Positions 12,666 to 26,389 of a DNA stretch of 64,000 bases are shown here, piece after piece. This DNA comes from Lama guanicoe (taxonomy: Eukaryota), in NCBI GenBank assembly GCA_013239625.1, contig MU053652.1, positions 992,001 to 1,056,000 of the forward strand. The letters are read 5' to 3'. A program made the position numbers and the translations under genes. The notes below the pieces were generated by a model. The model saw only the letters and a list, made by a program, of their open reading frames with translations, searched no databases and was not told the DNA's origin. Each line of letters opens with the position of its first letter. Position 1 is the first letter of the stretch.

Positions 12666-13949
12666 TTTTTTTTTTNNNNNNNNNNNNNNNNNNNNNNNNN
12701 NNNNNNNNNNNNNNNNNNNNNNNNNNNNNNNNNNNNNNNNNNNNNNNNNNNNNNNNNNNNNNNNNNNNNNNNNNNNNNNNNNNNNNNNNNNNNNNNNNNN
12801 NNNNNNNNNNNNNNNNNNNNNNNNNNNNNNNNNNNNNNNNNNNNNNNNNNNNNNNNNNNNNNNNNNNNNNNNNNNNNNNNNNNNNNNNNNNNNNNNNNNN
12901 NNNNNNNNNNNNNNNNNNNNNNNNNNNNNNNNNNNNNNNNNNNNNNNNNNNNNNNNNNNNNNNNNNNNNNNNNNNNNNNNNNNNNNNNNNNNNNNNNNNN
13001 NNNNNNNNNNNNNNNNNNNNNNNNNNNNNNNNNNNNNNNNNNNNNNNNNNNNNNNNNNNNNNNNNNNNNNNNNNNNNNNNNNNNNNNNNNNNNNNNNNNN
13101 NNNNNNNNNNNNNNNNNNNNNNNNNNNNNNNNNNNNNNNNNNNNNNNNNNNNNNNNNNNNNNNNNNNNNNNNNNNNNNNNNNNNNNNNNNNNNNNNNNNN
13201 NNNNNNNNNNNNNNNNNNNNNNNNNNNNNNNNNNNNNNNNNNNNNNNNNNNNNNNNNNNNNNNNNNNNNNNNNNNNNNNNNNNNNNNNNNNNNNNNNNNN
13301 NNNNNNNNNNNNNNNNNNNNNNNNNNNNNNNNNNNNNNNNNNNNNNNNNNNNNNNNNNNNNNNNNNNNNNNNNNNNNNNNNNNNNNNNNNNNNNNNNNNN
13401 NNNNNNNNNNNNNNNNNNNNNNNNNNNNNNNNNNNNNNNNNNNNNNNNNNNNNNNNNNNNNNNNNNNNNNNNNNNNNNNNNNNNNNNNNNNNNNNNNNNN
13501 NNNNNNNNNNNNNNNNNNNNNNNNNNNNNNNNNNNNNNNNNNNNTTTAGGTCTTCTGCCCATTTTTGGATTGGGTTGTTTATTTTTTTCTTATTGAGTCG
13601 TATGAGCTGCTTATATATTTTGGAGATCAAGCCTTTGTCGGTTTCACTTGCAAAAATTTTCTCCCATTCCGTAGGTTTTCTTTTTGTTTTATTTCTGGTT
13701 TCCTTTGCTCTGTAGAAGCTTGTAAGTTTCATTAGGTCCCATTTGTTTATTCTTGCTTTTATTTCTTCTAGGAGAAAATTTTTGAAATGTATGTCAGATA
13801 ATGTTTTGCCTATGTCTTCCTCTAGGAGGTTTATTGTATCTTGTCTTATGTTTAAGTCTTTAATCCATTTTGAGTTGATTTTTGTATATGGTATAAGGGT
13901 GTGTTCTAGCTTCACTGTTTTACATGCTGCTGTCCAGTTTTCCCTACAC
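12666..13949 (-). mobile_element. Young 5'-truncated L1 insertion with perfect 18-bp TSD
   Basis: TSD CGAAAAAGGCCCATTCTT at 12648-12665 and 13950-13967, poly(T) at the left end. Uninterrupted ORF2 frame (ENWTAACK...[11 protein letters not shown]) over about 400 nt. Middle is N gap. Confidence 0.95.
12676..13544. other. Assembly gap (869 N)
   Basis: Run of N inside the young L1. Confidence 1.
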
Positions 13950-14869
13950 CGAAAAAGGCCCATTCTTCAACTCAGTTCACTAACATAATATTGATCAGAC
14001 CCATTCAGGTGCCCCTTTTCCCTCAGGAAACCCGAGACCTATAACGCAGACTCAGCAGGCTCTTCTCCACTAAAAACAGGATGTCTACCTCCAACCTCCC
14101 TTCATGACTGCTGGGGTTACTGCATGTTTTAATTTAATAAACCTTCATCAGCTCAAATGAAGGGTTGTTATTAGTTGAGCTAACAGCCAAATGATAATAC
14201 TCTAGAGAGGTATCAGCACACGTTGGCGCATTAACCAAGAGAGGAGAAGGGCTGGGGTCAAGCCTGTGTCAATGTAAATGAGGCAATATTAGGTACTAAA
14301 GGCTTAATGCAATAGACTGCCTGGGAGATAATGGAGTTTACAGGATAAAGCAAATGAGATGAAGTTATTGATAAGTGAAGGAAGGGAGGGGTCCTGGAAA
14401 ATAAAGTGCTGTCAAAGAAAACGTCTTTTACTTGTGAATTTCTAAGTATCTTCAAATCTATCTTAGAAAACAAAGCTCAAAAGAAATCTACTGTGACTTC
14501 TACCTTGATGGAAGACCTCATCCTACAACTGCTGTGAAACAGACCTGTTCTAAACGCATACCATTCTATTAAATCATTCTTAAGCTTTCTTTGGGGTTTC
14601 CCCTTATTTTCAATTTTTCGTAAACATCAGTGCATTCTAGCAAATATAATTCCCATATTTAAAGCAACAGTCTTTTCTTTTTTCCTTTTGTGAAGTATGG
14701 GCAACCAGGTCTTCTAAGATATTCCATCAGCCCAAGCCTCACAGAATAAAAGTATCTGCAAAATGAATTTTAAGAGCTATCTATTTTTAGGGACCTTTAA
14801 ATGTTGTCAAAACTGAAGTCCCATCCTAATTTTACATATTTTTTTTAAAAAAAGGTGAGACCCAGAAAT

Positions 14870-15380
14870 GTATTTTTTTCTTAACCTTTTTGTAAATTTC
14901 CCAATTACAAAAGTAATAATACATGCTCAATCAAGAAACTTGAAAAACACAGAAAATCACATAGGAAAAAAAAATCCCTATTTTTACTAATTAGATAAAA
15001 TACATTTTAATCTGACTCCTTCCAATCATTTTTCCACACACAATTTTTACAAAAATATTGTTACTTTTAAATATGCTTTTTCCATTTGGAAATATAATGG
15101 GAACATCCGCCCATCACTAAACATATGACTAAGTGTTTTCATATGAGTCCATAATATGAATATTGCACAAATTTCTTAAACCAACTCCCTATACTGAGGT
15201 AATTGCTAATTTTTAACTTCCATAAATCTGACTGTGATAATTACCCTTGTATACATATTTTTGAACACTTCACACTTAAAATTCTTAATTCTTTCCTTAA
15301 TGTGTAACAGCCAAGAAGTAGAATTCCAAGACCAAAGTTATGCAGATATTTAGGGCTTCTGATGCTTAATGCCAAATTAA
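14870..15380 (-). mobile_element. Ancient L1 3' end (L1ME-like), degenerate
   Basis: Motifs such as ATTACAAAAGTAATAATACATGCTCA and CCAAGAAGTAGAATTCCAAGACCAAAG. Confidence 0.55.
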
Positions 15381-17244
15381 GAGCCTTATTTTGTTCTAAA
15401 TGGACTTCTAAAAGGTCTGTTCACAATGACTTTCCTGATAAAATTAAACTATACCTAATACCTTAGGAGAAAGATAAGAATTGTGATTGCTTATAGGAAA
15501 GCTCACAAATAAATCCTTCTTTGTTCCTAAATCTTATGATCCCTTAATTCCCAGTTCCCATCAGTACTCCATAAAGAGGGCATTAAAACCTAGGTTTCTC
15601 CTCTAAAACACAAGAGATCACTAGGTGTGATATTCTTAGTTTACAAGTGTCCCCAAATCACTTACCTTTACCATCTTATATGTTATTTGGGGACAAGAAA
15701 GTTATACAACACTCTCCTCCTAAAAGATGGGAAAGGAGGTCTCTGAGAATCACTGCAGGTTCGCAGTTAAATCAAGACAATTTCACCCACATTCTGCAAG
15801 AGCCCCAAATCCACTAGAAATACTCAGGACTTCTACGCTCTTTACTAACATGAACTATGAAAATCCTACAAAAGAACACGAGAGGAATATGGCTTTTCAT
15901 TTTAAAAGCTAGGCAACCACAAGTAATTAGTACTGGGATGAATTATCACAGAAAACAGACCTCTTTAGCACATGTCTCCTATTTTGTCAAAGCCAAACAG
16001 AAACTATGGATCAGCACCCTCAGACCACCATGAGGCTGAGAAAGGGCCTCCCAGCAACAACAGGCATTGTCATCTGCTGCAGTTTACACCTAGATAGGGT
16101 CCCCACCTCGCTGCAGACTGACCAATCAAAATCCTGTTCAAACAAGTCCGTATGCTGCAGCCAAACACATGATGGATGATGTCAGGAAATGACTTGTGTA
16201 TTATTCTTGACTAAGATCATTTCTCCTACAGACTCAAGTGTGTAAATGTAGGTGCTTGTGCACACACAGTCCATCTGAACTGAAACCTGTAGGCATTAGT
16301 GACGGTAGCACTAGGAGAGAAATGCTGCTCAAGGAAACAAGCCCCAGACCACCGCTGTTTCCTTCCACCTGGTGCCATGTGACAGGGATGAACCAACGCC
16401 GCTGTCCACCTGCATATTGCCTTCTGTTTCACAAAGCACTTCCCCCATCCAAAATTTCATTTTTATTCTCACAACCATCCTATCATGTAGACAGAGTAAG
16501 TATCCATATAGCCACTCTATAGAAAAGGATACTGAAAAAAAGAGAAAGTGATGCATTTGCCTAAACTCACAGAACTGGTGAGTAGGTGGGTCAGGATTAG
16601 AAGTAAGAACGTCTGGCTTTTCAACCCATTTTGTTTGCGCTGGACGATGCTGTACCTAGTCATCACTTATCAAGAAATAAATCCATGCCTCAATTTCAAT
16701 CCATTACATCTCAGCAGTAAGTCAAATAAAAACACAGTGAAGACGCAGAAATCAGAGCACCAAGACTGAGGGCGCTGAAGAGTTCCAAGTCAGCCCAAAC
16801 CCCGAGAACATCTAATTTAACCATTAAACAAAACTCACTGATCAAATAGTCAGGCTATAAAATCAGAATAAGAGCCAGATACTCACCAGCTCTATCCAAA
16901 ACCTGCAATAGATGACAGCAACAAAGCAACTTTAGTCAAACTACAAGATTTCTACATAAATGTGACTATCGCCATGTAACAATATTTGGTTTCCAACCGC
17001 TACTTAAGAGCTGGTGTTAAATGAAGCCAAGGAAAAAAATATAAAAAATCATATTTATTTCCTTTATACTGTAATGCTCCTTTTCATGGATACCGTCTAT
17101 TTATGACATGATACTAGTTTTCCATTTACAATAGTAATATAAAATTTACCTTTTTATGTTTATATATATATATATAAAAATAAATAAATGAAACCAAGGA
17201 CAATTCGTTTTGATTTATTGCATAGCACAGGCTATACCCTACAT

Positions 17245-17407
17245 CAAGGGTTCCAAATTTGTCTCAACAAGAAAATCAGCTGGATAATGCCAAAAATTAC
17301 TGAAGCTGGTGTCCCACCCCCAGAGATTTCAGTGTAATCAGTTTAGGGTGTGACCTGGGCTTTACAGTACTTGAAGGATTCCCCAATATGCAGTTTGGGA
17401 ATCACTG
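17245..17407. mobile_element. MER5A-like hAT-Charlie MITE
   Basis: Ends CAAGGGTTCCAAA...TTTGGGAATCACTG, core CCCACCCCCAGAGATTTC, 8-bp flanks CCCTACAT (17237-17244) / CCCTACAG (17408-17415). Confidence 0.8.
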
Positions 17408-20400
17408 CCCTACAGCCAAGTGAGCCAGCTGAAAATTCCTGAACCTTATGAGGTTTAGTGCATTAAAACAGAATTTCTGTTGGCTTTAAAATAAAAGAGG
17501 CAAATGGAGAGCAGATAAAAAAAGCCAACTAAAAGAGAAGGAAAGCTACTGCAATAACCCAGTGCCTATCAGTGTGGCTTTTAAAAACCCCAGCCTTCAA
17601 AAACAAACTGAGCAGCAAGAAGAATAGTTACTACAAAGCCCTGTACCCTCTTACTCTCTAGGAGAAAAATAATGCTACCACACTAAAGCTATTTACTTAA
17701 TTTGAGACAGAAAAACTGAGGTTACTCTTTTTCCAACTTTATTTTCAGCTTCTCCTTAATCTTTTTGCCAAGAAAATCAGATGTAGGTGTCCAAGGGAAT
17801 GCAGGGGTCCAAAACGCAGCAAGAAGCAGCTACAGCTGACCACCCTATTTCAATAGCAAACACTACCCCACTCCCACCCCCGGTATTCCTGGAACCCCTT
17901 TCTTGTTGAACTGATTGTGATATGAGACGCTTTATTGTTTCATCATCTCTCCCTTCCTACTAGCATATAAGCTCCTTCAAGGTTAAGGCCAGCTTCACAG
18001 ATACACATACTATAAACGCAAGCAATCAACAACAGCACTGTCACATTCATTTGTCCCTCTATCAGAATGTGTGCCAGACTCTTTCCTGATAAATTATTAG
18101 TACAGAATGGGCATAGTCTTTCAAATCAATCTTCTACACTAGGAACAGATGGGCTTTACTGGTGGCTGTTTCATTATTAATCAACTGATATATTTTTATC
18201 ATGTTGTAGAGAAATCCATATGGAACACTGAAATTATTTTTGCAGTCACTGAACCTCTTTCAGCTTAGGTCCCACAAGTTCACTAGATTGTTTCAGCTTC
18301 TGATATTTATGGTGCTTTTACCTCAATACCATTCCCAGAGTCATGATGAGAAAAAAGAGAGTCCTGTGAGATCTCAGAAACTTTCAAGCCAGATGAAAGG
18401 GAAATGCATTTTTGGCCCCTTTTTTCTCACTTGTACATGAATTATTTCATAGTGGATGCTATCTCTTCCCTGCCCATTCATAACACAAGAGAAGAGGATC
18501 AGTCTACTTGCTAATGACACAGTTTTACTAGTACCAAGAGGCGCAACCTCATTGGTCCACTGGTCATGCCACCCAAGCATTGACAGAAAGACACTGTAAC
18601 ATCAACTAGTCTAATACTAAAAACATTTTTGATAAGCACCCTCCAACAGTGAACTGGCTTATATCGAATTACAATACCAAACAGATTAACACATCGACTT
18701 ACCTAAGACTAGATTTTGCAACAAACTGATCTTGGACAGTTGGCCAACAAATCACATTGTTTATAATTAGACAGTCAATAGACCCAGTGAACACATACTT
18801 GATGTAGGCTGAAGAGGTGACTGATGACACAGAGTCTGAAATCTGTTCATGCCAAATCCCCAAAATATGGCATAGAACTTTGGGGTCTTGATAATCCATC
18901 TAAGTATGTGTTAGAGCAAATTAAACTTGTTTTCTGAGAAAAATCCTATCACTGCCTGCAGGAATTCCCTGACTGTATAAAACGTGGAGTAGTCTTCCAT
19001 TCACGCATATGTTCATGTTGGGCAAGAAGGAATCAAAAATGCCTATCCTATGCTTCAACTCCTTCATCAGCTAAAAACAAGTCCACTTCAGACCGAGTTT
19101 TGAGAGTCTACCATGGGAGAATCACCATATCCTTTCTTACAGTATCAATAAAAATCATCAATTATAAATCACATTTCTAAGGTCTTACTACGTACACTGT
19201 GCATACTTTACAAGCATAGCTTAATATGTCATTTAATCCCTCCAACAACGATTATTCTCAATGCCAAATCTCAGAAAAAGTCTAAATAATTAGCCCCAAG
19301 TCATCCAGCTAGTCAAAGCCAAAGCTGGGATTAAAGCACAGGTCCACCTGAGTCACACTAAGCTGATCTTCATAACCTTGAATGTTGTCCAACAACTGCA
19401 AAGGATCTGGTCAACTAAAAATATGCCAAATATACTTATTTTTATTATAGGATCTTAGAAAATTGTGCAATTAAATAGCTATTTTACTTCTTTATCCCAG
19501 ACGAGGCCACATTTTCATAGGGTAAGTGAAATAATTCCACCGTACCATTCTCTCAGCAAAGCACTCTGGGAAACTCTGGGAAGAAGGCAGCTAACATAAA
19601 TATGTTGTTCTTATAATTACCATAATAATCCTTAACTACACAGCTAAGGATTCTCTTTTAAAAGGTGTATAAAAAAAAGACAAAATGATCGACAGACATT
19701 CAAAATCTCTACAATCTCAGGAAGACTTAGAAATGAAAAAATGCTTTCAGTCACAAGCCTTGTGACTGTCAGCTGAAGTGCTTCAAAACTCCTCACTGGC
19801 ATGGTTTTCACAGATTGAATGTAATTATGAATTGACTTCTATGGGTTGATAAATCAGAACTTGGGTAAGTGGTTTTCAAAGCTCATCTGTGCAATTTCAG
19901 GTTGATGCAGACTTCCACGCAAACTCGCCTTAAAAAAAGTTCATAAAAATATTAACTATCATGAAATACCTTCCTGGTTAGCTCGTGCCACTGGGAAGCA
20001 GCAGCTATTCTTATATTAATAATTCTTCCCAGAATTAATCAGTCATTGTATATTAGAATCAGCAGCTGGAGTGTTTTGAGTGATAATGAAACCTGTAACA
20101 AGGCATCTTCAGTCGTCTTTTCAAGACAATAAGGGAATTAAAATTTCAATTTAAATGCAGAGGTTTGAAACACGCTTCACTGGCAAAATTACTTCAATTA
20201 ATGTGAGTGGAATACAAAGGACAGACTGCAGAAATGTGATGTAGCAACCAGAAATTATGTCATTAATGTGCTTGCATCAACCCTGCACAATGACTGCAAA
20301 GGTCTAATTTAAACCATACATATCACAAAGCTACAGGCTACAATATTAATCAAGTCTCTGATTTCAATGTGACGGATACAGGCTTCTTGTTGGATCACTT

Positions 20401-21039
20401 TTAGCTTCTCGTAAGCCAACAGCAGCTGTTTACCTTGAAGAAGGAAACAAAAGGCCAGGCCTATTTGCAGACAGTCCCTGTCATGACAATTTAATTATTT
20501 TATGCAATACTCAGGTTATCATATCAAAAGAAATAAATATCCCATTGAGAAGCCAAGTCTACAGCTAGCAGCCCAGTCCGATGGTGAAGCAGCAATTGCA
20601 GGAGCTGACAAGAGCCATGGGTCACCACTGATTTATTTACTCTGGTTTTATTAACCTAAGTAGGGATTAAATTACTGGGCACCTGCACCTGCCTTAAAAT
20701 GGAAATGCAAAATCTTCTGATAAACAAATCCAAGGAAATCAGAGGGTTTTGAAAGACTACATTGTTCTGTCTTCACTTTCCTCTGATGTCTTTTAGCAAA
20801 GATTTCCATTTGGACCCTTGAGATGCCTTAAGTAGATTTTACTTCTAAGAGCACATAACCATGAGGAAAGGAAATGTGATTATTTTCTCATATGAAGTCC
20901 AATGAAAGTGCAATTATAGACCTTACTATTCACTCATACGAAAGGCCAAACTGAAGAGTACTTCTGACCTTTTGAGCACACCTTGAATCCCACTTCGTGA
21001 TATCTTTATTGTATATTGGGATATGCTAAACACCCCCCC

Positions 21040-21200
21040 CAGGTTATGCAAAGCAATTACCTCATCTGGAAACTGGGGAGGATATCAGAAACCTACCCTC
21101 TCACAGGGTTGTTGTGAGAAGTAAATGTCTTAACAAATGTAACATACTTAAAATGGAACCAGCACACAGTGAGGGATTAATACATATTAGCCATTATTAT
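21040..21200 (+). mobile_element. MIR SINE fragment
   Basis: CCTCATCTGGAAACTGGGG...CACAGGGTTGTTGTGAGAAGTAAATG core. Confidence 0.7.
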
Positions 21201-21789
21201 AATTATGGTTTTTGTTATTCATTTAAATACTGCAGAAAGGAAAGGTTAGAAACTACAGAACCTTGCCATTAAAAAACAAAACAAAAAACCCAAATCAGAG
21301 AAGAGAAACCACACCAGAGCTCCAGAGAGGAAATGCCCTTGTCTCTGTTTAGTGAAGTTAAAGTCTTCCACATGGTTACCGATTGGGCTAATCACCTGTG
21401 AATGCTGACTGTATGAAGTGCACTGTGTACTACTAAGCACAAAATAGACAGAAATAGGTAAGATACAGCCCCTGCCCTCAACGACCTACCGTATTAACAA
21501 AAACAATTACATTTCAATGAGATACACACAGCGTATGGAAACAAAGAAAAGCATCCGATCACATTCAGCATTCTTACCACAAAATATGTAACAATTCTTT
21601 AAAAAGAAAGAGAGAAAAGCATCTAATTACCCAGGATATTCAGAAACCTGATGAAATGGGAAACAAGTCTTAAGGAATAAATCATCATTTTCCAAACAGG
21701 CAGCATTAGAATTAGGTTCAGGGAAATTTATGATTTATAAAATATAGGGATGTGATAGAGTTTTCTCTATATCAGCGACTAATAACTAC

Positions 21790-22730
21790 AAATTACAATA
21801 AAAAGCCACTGTTTTTAAAAGCAACAAGAAATATGATAGCCAGAAATATAACATACATAAATATCTCTAAGGAACACATTACTAAGGCATCATTATAAAA
21901 GACGTAAATGAAGACGTCAATGAAAAGACATATCCTGTTCACAGAGCTGATACCAAAGTTCATATGGAAGAGTAAAAGGCCAAGAATAGCACAGCAATTC
22001 TGAATAGCAAAGTGACAGAACATCTTTACCTGCTATCAAGACATATTACAAAATTACAGTAATTAAAACAGCATGGTTTTGGTGCAGATACAGACAAGAC
22101 CAATTGGACAAAAATAAAGAGCTCAGAAACAAACCCATGCATATGTGGAAACTTGGTATGTGACCAAGGGGAAATTATAAATCTGTAGCAAATGAATTCA
22201 ATAAATGGTCTGAGTCAAGTGGCTATTTATAAAGATGATTAAATTAGATCCACAGTTCATATCATATATGAAAATAGATTTTAAATAAAGAAAATTATAT
22301 AGGAGATTCTCTTATATGACAATGATTTAGGGAAAAGTTTCTCAAAATAAGAATCACAAAACAAAGGAAAAAAGAACGAAAAACAACATTGCATTAAATT
22401 GTAAAACTTTTTAACAAAAGACACTATAATGAGAAGGGTCTACTTCATAGCGCAGGGAACTATATTCAATGTCTTGTAATAACTTATGATAGAAAGAGTC
22501 TGAAAAAGTATATATATGTATATGTATAACTGAATCCCTATGCTGTACAGCTGAAACTAACACAACATCGTAAATCAACTATATCTCAAATTTTTTTTTA
22601 ATTTTTAAAATTTAAAAAAGACAGCATAAATGAAAAGACATACCACTAACTGGAAAAAGGTATTTATAATCCACCTAACAGATAAAGGCTTAGTATCCAG
22701 AATACATAAAGAACTACAAACAGAAAAAAA
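21790..22730 (+). mobile_element. Old L1M ORF2 fragment interrupted at about 22434-22610 by a younger cetartiodactyl-type L1 3' end
   Basis: AAAGTTCATATGGAAGAGTAAAAGGCCAAGAATAGC and other ORF2 motifs. The insert carries ATAGCGCAGGGAACTATATTCAAT...GTAAATCAACTAT. Confidence 0.8.
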
Positions 22731-24694
22731 AGATACATTTCTGGGAAATCTCTCTCTCACACTCACTCTTATCTGGAGGTGACTAGTCTTCCTTCCTAGG
22801 CAACCCCCCAGACCCCCCACTTCCCTCAACTAACATAGTTTTAGTTAGAACTGACAATCCTAGTACCCAAGCTGGCCCAATCTAGATCCTATTCTCATAT
22901 TTTTCAATTAGAAGAAAAGGATGATTTTCCTCTGCAAAGCTGGAAAGATGCAAGATACAGCTTACAACCCTTCTTTTCCCCTTTTCCCCACTCAACCCCA
23001 CCCACACGCAGAAGTAGCAGTCTACAGTAAAACAATGAAGAAAACCTGCATGAAGAACATACAGATGTTCCACATATGCCCCTGTCCTTTTAGCAGAATG
23101 GTCACCTGAATAAAGCAATTCTTCTACCTAAGCTAGCTAAAGCTGAATTTCTGTAACTTACCACCAAGAATTTAAACAAGTATTCAACGAGGTCCTTAAG
23201 AAAATAAGTCAAAAAAACAAGAACAGTATTCATTATTGATTAGCTCTTAAATGAGCCCTTAAGTAATAAAGGCTAATTCTAAAATCTGAAATCCTAAAAT
23301 GAACATAATTAACATGGAAATAAATTCTAACAACCTATTTTTAATATACGGCACTTACTTAAAAGCAGGCCCACTACAAAAACATCATGATTCAAATAAA
23401 TGTGTATACGCTACACATATAATATATATAAGCTTATCTACTCTGATTGCTGAATCTTCATAATTTAGCACCTACATGCCTTCCTAACACATAAACCAAC
23501 AGTAAAGCTAAGAGGTGACTAATTTTTTTGTCAGACATTCTACAGTCATTAAGGAAGATGCCACCACAAAGATACTGAAAATAACCAACTATTTTGCTGC
23601 TCTGAAGAACAGATCATTATTAATCTCCTTCCACTGTGGAAACTGAGTATTCACTATCACATAACCAGGTTTTAACAGATGATGAAGTTCGATGACACAT
23701 CTCCCCTCCTAGTTACCAAATTTTCTTAAAAGCTTCTTATGGCAGACTTAGAGCAAAATCATTCTTGAAAGTCAGAATAAATTAGAACCACTTAGAGGAC
23801 CTAACCTGTTTTTCTCCCATTAATTCCTCTCCGGGTTTTTTTTCCCTGTGTTATAGCCAATCTAATTTGTTGAAACAAAGATGAGGGACGTTCACCTATT
23901 GCGGAAAAGAAAATCCAAATCCAGTCCATCTGCTACCGAGAGTTTCCGTGGTCCCCAGACAACTACGAGGAAGGGAGTGGAAGAGTTTGTGTGCAAAGAG
24001 GTAGCAGACACAGCAGGCCTCTCTAAGAGAGCCACAGACCCTGGGAAAGTTAGGGTTTTTAGGGAGCAAGATGTGTATTTTTAGTTTTTATTCATCTTCT
24101 TGACACTCAGCCACATGCACCACCAGCTGCAACCATCTCTGAATTTTCATTTCTAATTCACGAAGTACCAGAATGGACTAAGATAGAGACTGAAGGCTAG
24201 GCTATGGAGTACTCCTGCCTGACAAAGTTACTTCCAGAATTATTCCCCCAAAATTATTTTCTTTCTTATCAATTTAAAGGAAAAAACAAAGCCCTAATGT
24301 TAAAATTCCTTCCAAAGAGTTGTAGAACATCGAGTTTATAAATCTCCTAAAGTTCTCTCTTGTGCAGATTTCATTCTTCAAAATGGGATTCACTATCTTC
24401 CTCTGAAGCTTAAAAAAAAAAACAAAAACTCCCATTATCATTCCACCATGACTTAAGTACCTTCACCATTACACTTCTTGCCATTGTTCTAAAGGCAGAC
24501 AATATGTAAATAATAATCTCCTACCATTTCAAACACTGAAATTAGGAGGAGAACCAGCCAGGCCTCACCTGCAAAGGCTCCTGAACCCCAAGAGGGCAAT
24601 TTGTAATGTGCTTCATGAATTACAAAATTCAGAGAACAAAAGAAGGCTCTTCTGTCTTAGCAGAAATGCCCACGAGCGCATGCTGTGCTCTTAC

Positions 24695-24889
24695 CAGCAT
24701 GTCGGTGGCACTGAGATAGTGCTTGCTGGCCATGCACTGTTCCAGCTTCTGAGGTACTTGCTTGATGTTCTCAATTTCATCCAGCAGGTTCAGGACATGT
24801 TTATGTTCAATCCCTTCAATCCACAATTTCCGAAGCTCATCTCGCTTACAGTGCAACAGCATCTTGCATGAAAGCAGATTCTCTTTCAC
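24695..24889 (-). CDS. EXOC4: EXOC4 coding exon 3 (195 nt)
   Basis: [65 protein letters not shown]. Acceptor TGTAG|GTG, donor CTG|GTAAGA. Phase 0 at both ends. Confidence 0.97.
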
Positions 24890-26389
24890 CTACAATGTAA
24901 CACAGTTACAATCCTGGGTCAGTCCCAAGTCTCACCAGCCTAAACCCATCATCTGTTTGGATGCTTCACTGGTACTGCTGTAAGGATCAGTTCCTAGTTC
25001 CCACTCACACGCTTTCACTGGTCTGCCTGCAAAATTCTAATCCTGGTTCTGACAGACTCAACTAAGTATGTCACCATTTCTGTGTCTGTATTTTCTCTCT
25101 GGTCCCACCTTTGAGTTTGTCTAGATAAAACTACTCACGATATAAAGCATTTTGAAAAGAAGAAATTCCACCCTGATGTTAATACCTTTAAAAGGGAATG
25201 ACTGATATCCCCATTCTTCCTGGCATATTTCCTATTCAGCTGACAGGTCACCGGGTCTATCCTTTGAGATCTACAACTTCAGCTCAAGTTTACAACCAAG
25301 GAACTGGGCCTTCATTTCACCTGACCAAAATGAAGATAAGCCCAGTTTCCAGAAGAGAGTAGATACATTCAGAGATCATCTCCAAATCAAGAGAATTAGG
25401 ACACACCAAAAAATTTGTCATGTATTTTGCTTTTTAAATAGTGAATAAGACAACTGCAGGCATTCTCACACATCTGCAATTTGGTGACCAGCATAGGCAC
25501 AGCTTGAAAAACCAGAAGGAGAGGGTAGCCATAACGTACATGATAAGAACATTTTCTTTGTCCACCCTAATTTAAATAAAAATTTTTTTGCTTATTTTTA
25601 CTTTAATTTCCTTTTTTGATTAAAATAATCCAAAATTTTTGTACTTTCAATTTTATTTTTAATCCTTTAGATTATTTCAAGCCACTGAACACACATTATG
25701 TGAAAATCTAGATTATAATAACAGAATTGGTGGGTTTTTTAATTTTATAACATGAAAAAATAAAGAGAATCATGAGCTTTCACAATTCACAGAACTTCTT
25801 TCACATACTTTTGACGTTCTTCTACACATATTTTTATTTAAATTAGAAATTCATAGTTGTTTAGTTTTGCTGCTTTTTGTTTGAGGTAAAATTTATACAT
25901 GAATATATCAAGTGTCCCCTGTAACAAGTTTTAGCAAACACATACACCTGTGTAACCCAAACCTTCCTCAATACATAGGACATTTCCATCACCCTAGAAA
26001 GTCTACCATTGTTTTTAAGAATTGAAAATCTGTCTTCTTCTACAGTATCTGGTGTGGTGGTGCACGATGCTATATTTTTGGCGATTATAAAACTAAATTT
26101 CAACGTTTTTCCAACAAACATGGAAAATATGAAGATAGAATGCTAAAATTAGAAGACATCTCGGGAAAGCATCTAATCTAATCCTACAACTTTAAGACAA
26201 AACCTAAAACAGTTTTATCAAACTCTTCAATATGAAAAGAGGACTGAACAAAGGGACTTCGTCATCTCTCTTGATAAACACAGCAGAATGATCATCGGCT
26301 TTTTGGGGGAGGGGTCATAGACCCCTTGGAAAATCTGTTGAGGTAGGTTCTAGTTGCCTCTACTCCTTCTGCAGTCCCACCAAAGAGAT

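Noticed and set aside
12503..13963. Long ORFs of 307-486 aa in the ORF track
   Set aside because: Artefacts of translating through the N gap. The only real coding-like part is the L1 ORF2 fragment.
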